DNA of 33,680 nt from a virus (lineage: Duplodnaviria; Caudoviricetes): positions 1 to 33,680 of IMG/VR virus record IMGVR_UViG_3300012894_000127. One strand, written 5' to 3'. The notes beneath the pieces were generated by a model. The model saw nothing but the letters and a program-made list of their open reading frames with translations, made no database searches and was not told the origin of the DNA. The position numbers and the translations under genes are program-made. Each line of letters begins with the position of its first letter. Positions within the stretch are counted from its first letter, which is position 1. Below are positions 8,535-18,000 of the stretch, piece by piece.

Positions 8535-9611
8535 ATGACCGGACCCAGCAACAAATACGACAACACCTCCGGCCCCTTGCCCGCGACGTTCAGCGGCGGG
8601 CGGGTCGATCCCTACCTCACCAACATCGCTATCGCCGACTTCCAGGCGGACACCGAGTTCCTGACGCCGACCATCTTCCCGATCGTGCCGGTGATGATGC
8701 AGGGCGGGCGCTACAGCGTCTGGGAGCGCGGCAGCCTGCTTCGGCCCGAAATGCGCCGCAAGCCCTACGGTGACCGGCCCGTGCAGGGCAGCTACAAGCA
8801 GGGCAACGACAGCTTCTGGTGCGAAAACAGCGCGCTGGAAAAGGTCATTGACCCGGCGGACGTCGCCAACGCCCTAGACCCGATGGCCCCCTTCAAGGGC
8901 GCGGTGAACTACCTGACCCTCAACGCCAAGCTGAGCATGGACAAGGAATGGTCTGAGCGCTACTTCCGGGCTGGCGTCTGGGCCTTCCAGTACATCGGTG
9001 TGGGGGCCAATCCCAACAACGCACTGGATACGCCCGAGTTCCTCCAGTTCGACCAGGCTGGAGCCATGCCCGCCCAGTTCGTGCGCTCCCGCGCGGCACG
9101 CATGAACCTGCTGACGGGCCGCAAGCCGAACATCCTGGTGGTGGGCGAGAACGTCTTCCAGTACCTGACCTTCAGCCCGGACTTCGTGGACCGCGTGAAG
9201 TACGTGCAGCAGGGCATCGCCGACCTGAACCTGATGGCCAGCTTCTTTGACGTGGACAAGGTGATCGTGGCGCGCGCCGTTGAGAACGCGGCTGCCGAGG
9301 GCCTGCCCGATGACTTTCAATTCCTCGTCGATCCCAACAGCATGCTGTTGGCCTACGCTGCACCGCGCCCGAGTAAGGAACTCCCCTCGGCGGGCTACAC
9401 CTTCAACTGGCGTGGTCTGTTCGCGCAGATGAAGGGACAGCAGGCTGATGCGCAGGGCACCAACGCCCTGGCGATCATCCGGCGCGGCTTTGATGACCGC
9501 ACGCCTGCCGACTGGATTCAGATCCACACCGCTTACGAGATGAAGGTCACGGCCCCGGACCTGGGCATGTACTTCAGCGACGTGATCGGCGAGAACCTGC
9601 TGGACGCCTGA
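8535..9611 (+). CDS. Major capsid protein (HK97 fold)
   Basis: 358 aa. VDPYLTNIAI...IFPIVPV N-terminal pattern, TGRKPNILVVG and PSAGYTFNW. AAGGA RBS and synteny. Confidence 0.88.
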   Translation: MTGPSNKYDNTSGPLPATFSGGRVDPYLTNIAIADFQADTEFLTPTIFPIVPVMMQGGRYSVWERGSLLRPEMRRKPYGDRPVQGSYKQGNDSFWCENSALEKVIDPADVANALDPMAPFKGAVNYLTLNAKLSMDKEWSERYFRAGVWAFQYIGVGANPNNALDTPEFLQFDQAGAMPAQFVRSRAARMNLLTGRKPNILVVGENVFQYLTFSPDFVDRVKYVQQGIADLNLMASFFDVDKVIVARAVENAAAEGLPDDFQFLVDPNSMLLAYAAPRPSKELPSAGYTFNWRGLFAQMKGQQADAQGTNALAIIRRGFDDRTPADWIQIHTAYEMKVTAPDLGMYFSDVIGENLLDA

Positions 9612-9621
9612 GGAGGCCCGC

Positions 9622-10168
9622 ATGTCTGAACAGCAGTACGTGGCGGCCAGGCCGCTGAAGTTCGGAGGGGTGTCGCTGTCTCCGGGTGACCCCGTTCCGC
9701 TCGAAAAGGGGCGCAGCTATCACCAGATGCTGAGCCTCGGTCAGATCGCTCTCGCCCCCGCTGGTGGGCAGGGAGCCGTGTTGCCGGAAGGCGCGCACCA
9801 GCTGCTCTTGCACCCGCAGGCACTGGCCATCTTCGTCGATCAGGACGGGGTGCCGGAGGAGGTGACGTACCTCGGCACCCAGGAACCGGACGAGGACGCC
9901 CGAATCACCCTGGATCTGGAGCCGGGCCAGTCTGCGGCGCTGGTGAAGTTTGCGGCTGACGAGGAGCCGTCCCTGGTGCCGCTGGAGAGTCTGCTGATCT
10001 CCAGCGAGGCCCTCAAACGCCTGGTGCTGCACTTCCAGACCCAGGTGGATGAAGTCGTCCGGCGCGTCGGGTCGTGACAACCTGATTCGGCTCGAAGGCA
10101 TCGGTGCCAAGAGCGCCGACAAAGTGCTGGCCTGGTTGTTCCCGCCGCCGAAGCTTGAAGGCGGCTGA
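9622..10168 (+). pseudogene. Post-capsid protein (151 aa) whose C-terminal helix-hairpin-helix domain lies in the +1 frame; probable frameshift/deletion
   Basis: The ORF stops at 10077. The +1 frame (10049-10168) encodes GRDNLIRLEGIGAKSADKVLAWL, an HhH motif, and ends 2 nt before the next start codon. Confidence 0.6.
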
Positions 10169-10170
10169 CC

Positions 10171-10632
10171 GTGACCGGCCCAGTCACGGTCACTACCGAG
10201 CAACGCCGGGATCTGCGTCAACTCGCCGGAGCGGCTCCGTTCAAGCTGTGGCTCCAGCTCTACGTCGATGAAGACACCACCGACGTAGAGGAACTGGACG
10301 CACTGATCGCCCGCAACGGGGGCAACCTCCAGCTGGCGGCGGCAGATCTGCTCGACGGGCTGATCGACGGCGAGGAGACGATCAAACGACTCAAGCTGGA
10401 GGGTGAGCTGGAGGTGGAGTTCCTGCCGGTCCAGTACGCCGCCAAGAGCGCCAGTCTGCGCGCCCAGGTGCAGCAGGCCAGCGTGACAACGCGCCGGTTC
10501 GGGCCGCCGCTGGCCGGGTTTGCGGTGGGGCGCAGCGACGTGCCGCAGGCGTTCGTGCTGGGCAGCGAGGTGTGGTCGCCTGACCGGGAGCGGCTGGGCG
10601 GCGTGCCGGTGCTGGACCGGGAGGGGCCATGA
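10171..10632 (+). CDS. Putative head-tail connector (adaptor) protein
   Basis: Synteny and a helical pattern (ELDALIARNGGNLQLAAADLLDGL) typical of adaptor proteins. Confidence 0.6.
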   Translation: MTGPVTVTTEQRRDLRQLAGAAPFKLWLQLYVDEDTTDVEELDALIARNGGNLQLAAADLLDGLIDGEETIKRLKLEGELEVEFLPVQYAAKSASLRAQVQQASVTTRRFGPPLAGFAVGRSDVPQAFVLGSEVWSPDRERLGGVPVLDREGP

Positions 10633-11339
10633 GCCTGTTGAGCAAGATCCAGGGCGTGGTGGGCAAGGTTCAGGGCAACAACGACCTGACCGAAGTCCGC
10701 TTCCGGCATCGGAAAACCTGGAGCGACGGCACCGATTGCCGCTTCAGCGTCCAGGACCCCAACAAGGTGGAAGGCAGCCTGGCCCGCAGCCTCCGGAGTC
10801 ACCCGGATGCGGCAGATCTGCGAGTACTGCGGGTGCATCAGGATGACCCTGCACCCGCTCTGGCGGCGCATATCGACTGGGACCAGGGGGCCGTGCTGTT
10901 CGTTGAGCGCTATCCGCAGCAGTCGGAGTTCCTGGACAGCCACGTGGCAATCTGCTGCTTGGTGCAGCCTGCCCGGTCTGTGAGCTACGAGCTGCTCTTC
11001 ACCCTGCCCGGCCTGCTCGTCAAGGACCCGGTCAGCAAAAACATGGTGGCTTCCCCCGGCGAGCCACTGAGGGCGTCCGCGCGTCTGGAAGCCACCACCG
11101 ACCCGCAGGTCAGAGACGCGGTGGGCGCAGACACGGCCACGGTGGTGCTGTTCGGGCGGTGGGGCACCGCAGGCCACCCCAGCGCCTGGCCTGTGGGCCT
11201 GCACTGGGGCAGCAGCAGTCCGCTCGAACTGCAAGGCCAGCCGGGGGTGCTCACCATCAAGCTCGCCTGGCCAGACGCCGATCCCATTCAAACCCAGATT
11301 TTTGGTGCCCCATTCGTTGCCATTTGGAGGGCAAGATGA
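10629..11339 (+). CDS. Putative head-closure / head-tail joining protein
   Basis: ATGA overlaps at both ends, synteny, beta-rich 236 aa. Confidence 0.5.
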   Translation: MSLLSKIQGVVGKVQGNNDLTEVRFRHRKTWSDGTDCRFSVQDPNKVEGSLARSLRSHPDAADLRVLRVHQDDPAPALAAHIDWDQGAVLFVERYPQQSEFLDSHVAICCLVQPARSVSYELLFTLPGLLVKDPVSKNMVASPGEPLRASARLEATTDPQVRDAVGADTATVVLFGRWGTAGHPSAWPVGLHWGSSSPLELQGQPGVLTIKLAWPDADPIQTQIFGAPFVAIWRAR

Positions 11340-11770
11340 CACGAACCAACCCTGACGCCCTCGCGCGCGTAAACGTCGCTGAGGACGCCACGCAAGACGA
11401 GGCGGCCAAGATTACGGTGGACCCGTCCGACAAGATGGACGTCGCCCACCTCACCCTCAACCCTAACCTGGTGCCGCCCGAGGCCGTGGACGGGTACCGC
11501 ATCCGGGCAGGCATCGCCGCCAGCCTGGAAGGGTACAAGCGCTACAACCGCAACATGACCCGCCGCTACGGGACCTTCGAAGGTGAAGAGCTCCTCTTCA
11601 ATGAGGCTCACGAGCGGGCCACTGCCGAGCTGGAGCAACTCATTCATCTCGCACCCCGCTCGCCCGAGCAACTGCTCGAAGGGTTGCGGCAGGTGCCCGA
11701 CGAGGCCCTGCTGGCGATCTCCGGATTCGGCGAGAAGCGGCTGGAGGCGCTCCGCAAGGCCCTGGCATGA
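11336..11770 (+). CDS. Hypothetical protein with a C-terminal helix-hairpin-helix motif
   Basis: GGAGG RBS, ATG 11336. C-terminus PDEALLAISGFGEKRLEALRKAL. Confidence 0.65.
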   Translation: MTRTNPDALARVNVAEDATQDEAAKITVDPSDKMDVAHLTLNPNLVPPEAVDGYRIRAGIAASLEGYKRYNRNMTRRYGTFEGEELLFNEAHERATAELEQLIHLAPRSPEQLLEGLRQVPDEALLAISGFGEKRLEALRKALA

Positions 11771-12129
11771 CCACCACCGTCACGATGGTCGACCCTCGCC
11801 TCCTCTTCGAGAAGGCGCTGTTCGGCGTGGCACACGAGTTCGGACAGGTCTGCACGGCCACCTTCGACGATCCGCTGTGGAACTGGCCGCACACCACCCG
11901 CCGCCACAACGGCGAGATCGCTACGAGTCCGCGCAACATCGTGGACACCGGCGATCTGCGGGAGAGCCTCCAGCCGCCCGAAGTGGCCGGGTACGCCGTG
12001 CGCCTCACCTGGGATTCGGAGCACGCGGAGAAGGTCTTCGAAGGTGAGGCGGGCAAGCCCGCCCGCAACCTCCCTGCATTTGTGGCGCTGAACTTCGACT
12101 TCGCAGCGGCCTTCTTGAGGCATCTATGA
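11767..12129 (+). CDS. Putative neck / tail completion protein (HK97 gp10-like)
   Basis: PRNIVDTGDLRES motif and synteny. Confidence 0.7.
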   Translation: MTTTVTMVDPRLLFEKALFGVAHEFGQVCTATFDDPLWNWPHTTRRHNGEIATSPRNIVDTGDLRESLQPPEVAGYAVRLTWDSEHAEKVFEGEAGKPARNLPAFVALNFDFAAAFLRHL

Positions 12130-12503
12130 GCGCCGGAGAGCTCAAGGAGAAAGCTGAGGCGGCGCTGGAAGCCGCTGGCATCGTCCTCGGCACCTACCAC
12201 CTGCCCGGCGGAGAGAGCATTCCCGCGAGCTACGTCGGCAACCCGCCCGAAGGCACCACTGCCGAGGGCCTCGAGCTCCAGATCAACCCCAACCCCAAGC
12301 AGCTGTCCATCGACGCGTTCGTGTTCGTCGGCATGCCCCGCGCTTACCTGGTGCGGCTGGTGAACTGGGACGCCCTGCCCGACATCCTCGAAGACGCCAC
12401 CAACGCCATTGCGCGTGCCCTGTGGCCCTTCGAGGACGACCCCCGCCTCATTCCCGCCGTTGGAGACACCCCTGAACAGGTGCTCTTCAGCGTTGAACAG
12501 TGA
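12126..12503 (+). CDS. Putative tail terminator protein
   Basis: 125 aa gene immediately before the tail tube gene, with an ATGA overlap. Confidence 0.55.
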   Translation: MSAGELKEKAEAALEAAGIVLGTYHLPGGESIPASYVGNPPEGTTAEGLELQINPNPKQLSIDAFVFVGMPRAYLVRLVNWDALPDILEDATNAIARALWPFEDDPRLIPAVGDTPEQVLFSVEQ

Positions 12504-12521
12504 TCCCAGGAGGGAGAACAC

Positions 12522-13016
12522 ATGGCTGACGACGTCCAGTTCCGTTTTGGTAAGAACGCCCGCATCGAAATCGCCCCGTACACTGACGGCACCGAACCGG
12601 CTGCCGGAGCTTTCATCAACTTCTGCCTCACCAACCAGGTCGAGGTCGGCCTGACCAACGGCACCATCACCATCGACACCTTCTGCACGGGCGGCGAGAT
12701 CGAAGTCCCGGACGGCAGCCAGACCGGCGAGCTGACCTTCGGCGACACCACCTGGACCGAGGATGACGACGCCCTGAAGCTGCTCGAAGACGCCGCCTTC
12801 AGCAAGGTCGAGAACGGCAGCAAGGTCCACTACCGCATTTACCCGCTGGGCAAAGCGGTGGGTAAGCCCGTGTGGCGCGGCATTCTGAACGCAACGGGCG
12901 TCAAGCTGACCATCCCGTCCAAAGGCGTGATCAAGATGGCCGTCACGCCCAAAGCGCAGGGCGCGCCGGAACGCGGCACGGTCGGCGCAGCGGGTGCGTT
13001 CACGCCGGTCCCCTGA
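12522..13016 (+). CDS. Major tail (tube) protein
   Basis: AGGAGG RBS. 164-aa acidic beta-rich protein with tube-like pattern (ITIDTFC...GELTF...YRIYP). Precedes the chaperone and tape measure genes. Confidence 0.8.
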   Translation: MADDVQFRFGKNARIEIAPYTDGTEPAAGAFINFCLTNQVEVGLTNGTITIDTFCTGGEIEVPDGSQTGELTFGDTTWTEDDDALKLLEDAAFSKVENGSKVHYRIYPLGKAVGKPVWRGILNATGVKLTIPSKGVIKMAVTPKAQGAPERGTVGAAGAFTPVP

Positions 13017-13018
13017 GC

Positions 13019-13261
13019 ATGGTCCACGTCTGGCGTGACTGCTGGACCGGGCTGCCGAACGTCGTCGTCATCAGCGAATACCCGCAGGAGGAGGGCGTCA
13101 TCGACGACGCCCTCCTCTTCACGTTCGACGAGCTGGCCGGGCCGGTGGTGCTGATCGACGACGCTGGCCAAGCCTGGACACCCACCTTGCCGCCGGACGC
13201 CTCGAAGGGCAACTTCATGGCCTTCGGCATCGATATTCCTCTGGAGACCAAACCAACATGA
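13019..13261 (+). CDS. Hypothetical 80-aa protein; possible frameshift extension of the tail tube protein
   Basis: ATG 2 nt after the tube stop, codon usage like its neighbours, ATGA overlap with the next gene. Confidence 0.6.
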   Translation: MVHVWRDCWTGLPNVVVISEYPQEEGVIDDALLFTFDELAGPVVLIDDAGQAWTPTLPPDASKGNFMAFGIDIPLETKPT

Positions 13262-14055
13262 GAATGATTTTTGCCACAAAGACTTTGCAGCAGCTGCGCT
13301 TCCCGATCGGTGACCGGAAATTCATCTCCAGACGCCTGACCGGTGAAGAGGAACTGATCTATCAGGAAGTCTCGACGCTGATCCAGATGGGCCTGGCGGT
13401 GGGGGACAGTACCCAGGCCAGCGTGGATTCTCTGCTCGGTCTGCTGCAGCGCCGACTGGCCGACGGTGAGCAGCCCATCGACGCGGACTGGATTGCGGCG
13501 AACCTCGGACCGAGCAACGAACCGGAGCTGATGGCCTACCTGCGCACCGGTCACCGTGGCCCCGGCCTGGTGCCAGCGCCCGGCGAGAACTGGGATCTCG
13601 TGGAGCTGAAAGGCGAGGACGGCACGCCGGGCTTGGACCTGTATGGTCGCCTGTTCGGAGGCCGGGCGCTGAGCTACCAGGAGATCCGCGCTTACGAGAA
13701 CTCCACCGCCGTGGTGCAGCGCGCGGGCGAGGCCCAGCAGCTCATCCGCGATGTCAGCAAAGCGGGTGGGAGCATGGACCTATCGCTCGACGACATCCAG
13801 AACGAGACGCGCCAGATCGTCCACGACCTGACCCAAACGCGGCGTGGTCAGATCGAAGCCACCGCGACGCTCCTGAACGCCCGCATCGCTGACGAGGGTG
13901 AGCCCATCACGGCGGCGTGGCTGCTGGAGAACTTCTCGCTCGAGGAGCTAAGCGAGATCCGCAAATACCTCAGCACCGGCAAGACCGAAGTCGTGGAGGT
14001 CGAGACCCCAAAAGCCGAAGGCGACGCGCCCGCGAACGTACCGATCAACGGATAG
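13258..14055 (+). CDS. Tail assembly chaperone (gpG analogue) with an internally duplicated domain
   Basis: Lies between tube and tape measure genes. Ends shortly after a slippery heptamer that overlaps a -1 frame ORF. Confidence 0.8.
   Translation: MRMIFATKTLQQLRFPIGDRKFISRRLTGEEELIYQEVSTLIQMGLAVGDSTQASVDSLLGLLQRRLADGEQPIDADWIAANLGPSNEPELMAYLRTGHRGPGLVPAPGENWDLVELKGEDGTPGLDLYGRLFGGRALSYQEIRAYENSTAVVQRAGEAQQLIRDVSKAGGSMDLSLDDIQNETRQIVHDLTQTRRGQIEATATLLNARIADEGEPITAAWLLENFSLEELSEIRKYLSTGKTEVVEVETPKAEGDAPANVPING
14007..14013 (+). other. Programmed -1 ribosomal frameshift site C CCA AAA
   Basis: In-frame X XXY YYZ heptamer (ACC CCA AAA), with an internal SD-like GGAGGT at 13995-14000. The -1 frame is open to 14534. 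Confidence 0.8.
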
Positions 14056-14534
14056 CCCAGTCGCTCGACTACGCCGACATTCTGCTGGCGGTGGTCGAGC
14101 ACTACCCGGCCTACACCTGGGATGCGGTCCTGGAGGAATCCAGCCTGGTGCTGGCCGCGCTCTTCCAGCGCATCCCACGCATCCACCTGCACCGCGCCTG
14201 GCCGCTGATGCAGCTGCAGTCATTCATCGGGAACGCCCTGGGCGGGAAGCAGAAAGGCGGCGACAAACTGGCGAAGAACAAGGTGTACTCGCCGCTGGAC
14301 TTCGCGCCACCGCTGGCCCGCACGCCAGATCTGATTCCCGCACCGCCCCTCGCACCCCAGCACTGCTTCGCGTTGATTCAAGCGCTGGAGAGTGGACAGC
14401 TCAAGAACGCCTCGTGGGTCATCCAGGCGGTCGAGCTTGAGGACGATCTGGACCGCGTCCGTGAAGTGGCGGAAGGCTATCAGAATGCTTTGGAAAACGA
14501 TGCGGAACATTTCCCACTTCACTTCCCTGCTTAA
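14013..14534 (+). CDS. C-terminal (T) part of the frameshifted chaperone; fusion 13258-14534 is about 425 aa (gpGT analogue)
   Basis: -1 frame ORF that reads KSRRRRARE...HYPAYTWDAVLEE after the shift. Conserved G/GT arrangement. Confidence 0.78.
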   Translation, partial: SRRRRARERTDQRIAQSLDYADILLAVVEHYPAYTWDAVLEESSLVLAALFQRIPRIHLHRAWPLMQLQSFIGNALGGKQKGGDKLAKNKVYSPLDFAPPLARTPDLIPAPPLAPQHCFALIQALESGQLKNASWVIQAVELEDDLDRVREVAEGYQNALENDAEHFPLHFPA

Positions 14535-14552
14535 ATGCCTTAAGAGATCTAT

Positions 14553-14580
14553 TTGCACATGAGTTGAAAATAATTAAGAT
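14553..14580 (+). promoter_or_regulatory. Candidate sigma70 promoter for the peptide moron
   Basis: TTGCAC-16 nt-TAAGAT in an AT-rich island. An alternative TTGAAA at 14564 is also present. Confidence 0.3.
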
Positions 14581-14720
14581 TCGTTCTTATATCTGTTTTT
14601 TCAGTGCATTTAGGTAATTTTAGGGCCTGTATACGGAACTCACGATTGGAAGGCCTAACTTCAATCGGCAGAGCAGAATCAAATTTCTTTGCAGAAAAGA
14701 TGTTTCTCTCGGAGGTCATT

Positions 14721-14879
14721 ATGAAGAAAGTGCTTGTTATATTTTGTCTGATGTTCTCATTGAACGCAGCTTCAAATGCTCAGGCGCATGATTGTAGTAC
14801 CTCTGTCTGCGACGGTGGTGGCGGTGGTGGCGGTGGTTTGCCTATGCCCCCGAGTTGCGAAGATTTGAGCTTCTGCTAG
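14721..14879 (+). CDS. 52-aa secreted Cys/Gly peptide (moron)
   Basis: GGAGG RBS. Signal peptide MKKVLVIFCLMFSLNAASNAQA, then mature HDCSTSVCD-G8-LPMPPSCEDLSFC. AT-rich island with its own terminator. Confidence 0.75.
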   Translation: MKKVLVIFCLMFSLNAASNAQAHDCSTSVCDGGGGGGGGLPMPPSCEDLSFC

Positions 14880-14956
14880 TTGGTTATTTTACAATGCGTC
14901 GCTTCCCTTCTGTAAACTAAGGTCCATAGTCTATAAATCAACAATCTAACAACTGC

Positions 14957-14991
14957 CCCGCCTATCTTAAAAAGATAGGCGGGTTTTATTT
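14957..14991 (+). terminator. Rho-independent terminator directly upstream of the tape measure gene
   Basis: Perfect 12-bp stem CCCGCCTATCTT/AAGATAGGCGGG followed by TTTTATTT. Confidence 0.85.
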
Positions 14992-15002
14992 GAGAGGTAG
15001 CT

Positions 15003-18000
15003 ATGACTGTAGTTGGTGCGGCCAATTTTGACATCAATGCCAACCCCGCCAAGGCCATCGCGGCCCTCAAGCAACTTCAGAAAGACGCGCTGGCCACCAC
15101 CGGGCTGGTCTTGACCCCCACCGTCGATGCGAAAGGCGTCAAGGCCAAGCTCAAAGCCGCGCTGGACGGCATTGTCGGGACGCTGAACGCGGAAGTGAAG
15201 ATCAAACCCCCGACCAAAACGCAGGCCACGGCTGCCCTGAGTAGCATCGTCGCCACGTTGCAGGCCGAGGTGAAGATCAAGCCCCCCACCGCCCCCCAGA
15301 TCCGGGCCGCTCTTGGCAGTACCCCGGCCAGTGCCACCATCAACATCAACCTCAACGAAGCCAGCGTCACCCAGAAGATCGACCGCATCAAAACCGCCCT
15401 GCAGGACCTCCGGGTCAGCACCGGTGGGCTGTTCCGCATCGACGCCGACGCGCTGAAAGCCCTGGCCACCCAGATCAGTCAGCAGATCACGGATCTGCGG
15501 GGCATCGAGAGCAGCCTGCGCACCCTCCGGGGCCGCAACAACGGCGGCGGCGGCTCAGGCACAGGTGGGGGCGGCCCCGGAGCGGGCGCGGCCACCAATC
15601 CCTACGCGGCTCAGCTGCGCGCGCTGCAAGGTGACCTGAAGTCCTCAGCCCTCAGCACCGATCAGTACCGGGCCGCTGTCGCCAACCTTCAGACGGCTCT
15701 GAACGGCGAAATGAACGCCCTGCGCGGCCTGGGTGTGCTCACGGTCGGCCAGCAGCGCCAGCTCGACGGCCTGAGAACCACCAGCGGCCAGGCAGCTGCG
15801 GCCCTGAAGGGTCTGACTGATCAGGAAACCCGCCTGAACGCCGCCGCCCAGAGCGATAGTGTGGCGAAGATCGGGCGCGAGATAGCCCTCGCCAACAGCA
15901 AATTCCAGACCGGCAGCCTCGGTCTGCGCGATTATCTGCGCGAGCTGCAACGCCTGGAAATCAGCGCCCGCACCCTGGCCCCCAGTCTGGCAGCGGACAG
16001 TAAGGCCGCTTTGGACCTGCAACGGGTCATGCAGGGCCTGGGCGGGGCCAAAGCGGACCTGAATACCCAGAGCATCAAGAACGTCCGGATTGAGCTCGCA
16101 CAGGCCCGCACAGCCTATGAACAGGCCCTTGCCGCCGCCGGTTCGAGCTGGCGTGCCCAGGGCCAAGCCGCGAGCGTCTATCAGCAGATCCTCGTCCGGG
16201 TCGAAGGGGAGCTGACAGCGGTCGGTCGCCGGGCCAGCCTCACGCGCGAGCAGGCCCTCAGCGTCGCCAACCTTCAGCGCCAGCTCGCCGGTCAGCAGAA
16301 CGCCCTGCAGGGAACAGTGTCTCCGCTGGGCATTTCCGGCGCGTTCCTGAATGCCCTGCGCCAGATCCCCGCGCTGGCGATGGTAGCCGGTGGGAGCCTA
16401 GGGGCGGCCGCGAGCGCCGCGACGACCCTCAGCGGGTCTATTGGTGGCATCGCCCAGGCGATCGGGCCGCTGGGCATCGCCATCGCCGCCATCGGCGTGG
16501 CCTTGTTTGGCCTGACCAAGCTGTTCATCGACTCCATCAGCCACGCCGCCGAGTTCGAGAAGCAACTCCAGCAGATCAGCGGCCTGGCCGAACTCAGCGG
16601 CCCCAACCTCGGCAAATACGCCGACTACGTCCAGCAGCTCTCCACCAAACTGCCCGTCACCACCGAACAGCTCACCGAGTTCGGACGTCAGGCGGTGCTG
16701 GTGGGCCTGCACGGTCCGGAAGGCGTCAAGACCTTTACCGAGGGCATGGCGAACCTCAGCGTCGTCCTGCGCGACGTCCACGGCAAGGCCGGAGGCCTCG
16801 AAGAAACCGGCGCGGAAATCGTCAAGGTCCTGCGGTCGATGGGCATGGGGACCGAAGAGGTCAACGCCAACTTCGACAAGACCATCAACTCGTTGGTGGC
16901 GCTGAAAACGCAGTTCGGCGTGCAGATCCCGGACGTCACCGCGCTGGCGACTTATTTCTCGTCTTACGCGGCCAAGATCGGCTTGACGACGGACCAGATT
17001 CTGGCGTTCAGCGCCTCGCTGGTCAGTGTGGGTGCGCGTGCGCAGGGGTCCGGCAGTCAGCTCACGAAGTTCTTTGAGAAGGCCGCCGCTGCCGTCGCTT
17101 CGGGTGGCGCACCGCTGCAGGAATTTGCCAAGGACCTGGGCCTGACGACCGACGCGACCAAGGACCTGCTCAGAACCAACCCGACGAAGTTCCTACAGCT
17201 CTTTGCCGAGCGTCTCGATGTGCTGCACAAGCAGGGTGTCGATAGCAGCATCGTGCTCGAAGGGTTGGGTCTCGATACCAATCAGGCCGCCCGCACCTTC
17301 AACGAGCTGTCCGTCGCGGCCAAGAACACCGGGCGTTCGCTGGACATCGCCAAGAAGGGCTTCAATGACGCTGGGCTGGCGGCGCGGGTCGCACATGATG
17401 TTTCGCAGAACTACATCGACCAGCTCAAGGAAATGCACAACGCCCTGGACGGCTTCAAGGCCAACATCGGAAGCTTCGCGCTGCCGGTGCTGACCGGCGT
17501 TGTGGACAGCTTGAGTGGAGCCGCTCGAGCGCTACTCGATCTGAGCCAGGAAGCCAAGGACGGCGGGCCAATCCTGGACGAATTGCGCGGGTACGCTATC
17601 GCACTCGCAGCCGCCATTGCGGGGATCGGGCTGGCCGTGAAGGGTGCGGCCATCAACCAGGGCTGGACGGCGCTGGTTGCCAACTTCCGCTTCTTCGGTG
17701 GATTTTCTGGCATTCTCACCAGCTTGGTCGGGAGAATCGTCCAGATCGGCCCGGCCATCTCCGGCGCATTCAGTGCCGCCGTTGCTGGTGGCGGGGCTGC
17801 AGTCATCGCCATCGGCTTGGTCATCACGGCGGTCGCTGCACTGGCCATCGCGGCGAACAAGATCATCTCCGATACCCAGCGGATCTACGACCAGGTCGAC
17901 AAAAGCAATCAGGATTCGTTCGACAGGGTGATGGACCGGGTCCGGGCCTTGGCTGCCGAGGGCACCGAACTCTCGAAAACCAAGGCCAAGTACCTGCTCG

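Noticed and set aside
14604-14720. Longer 91-aa version of the peptide ORF
   Set aside because: The RBS and signal peptide point to ATG 14721.
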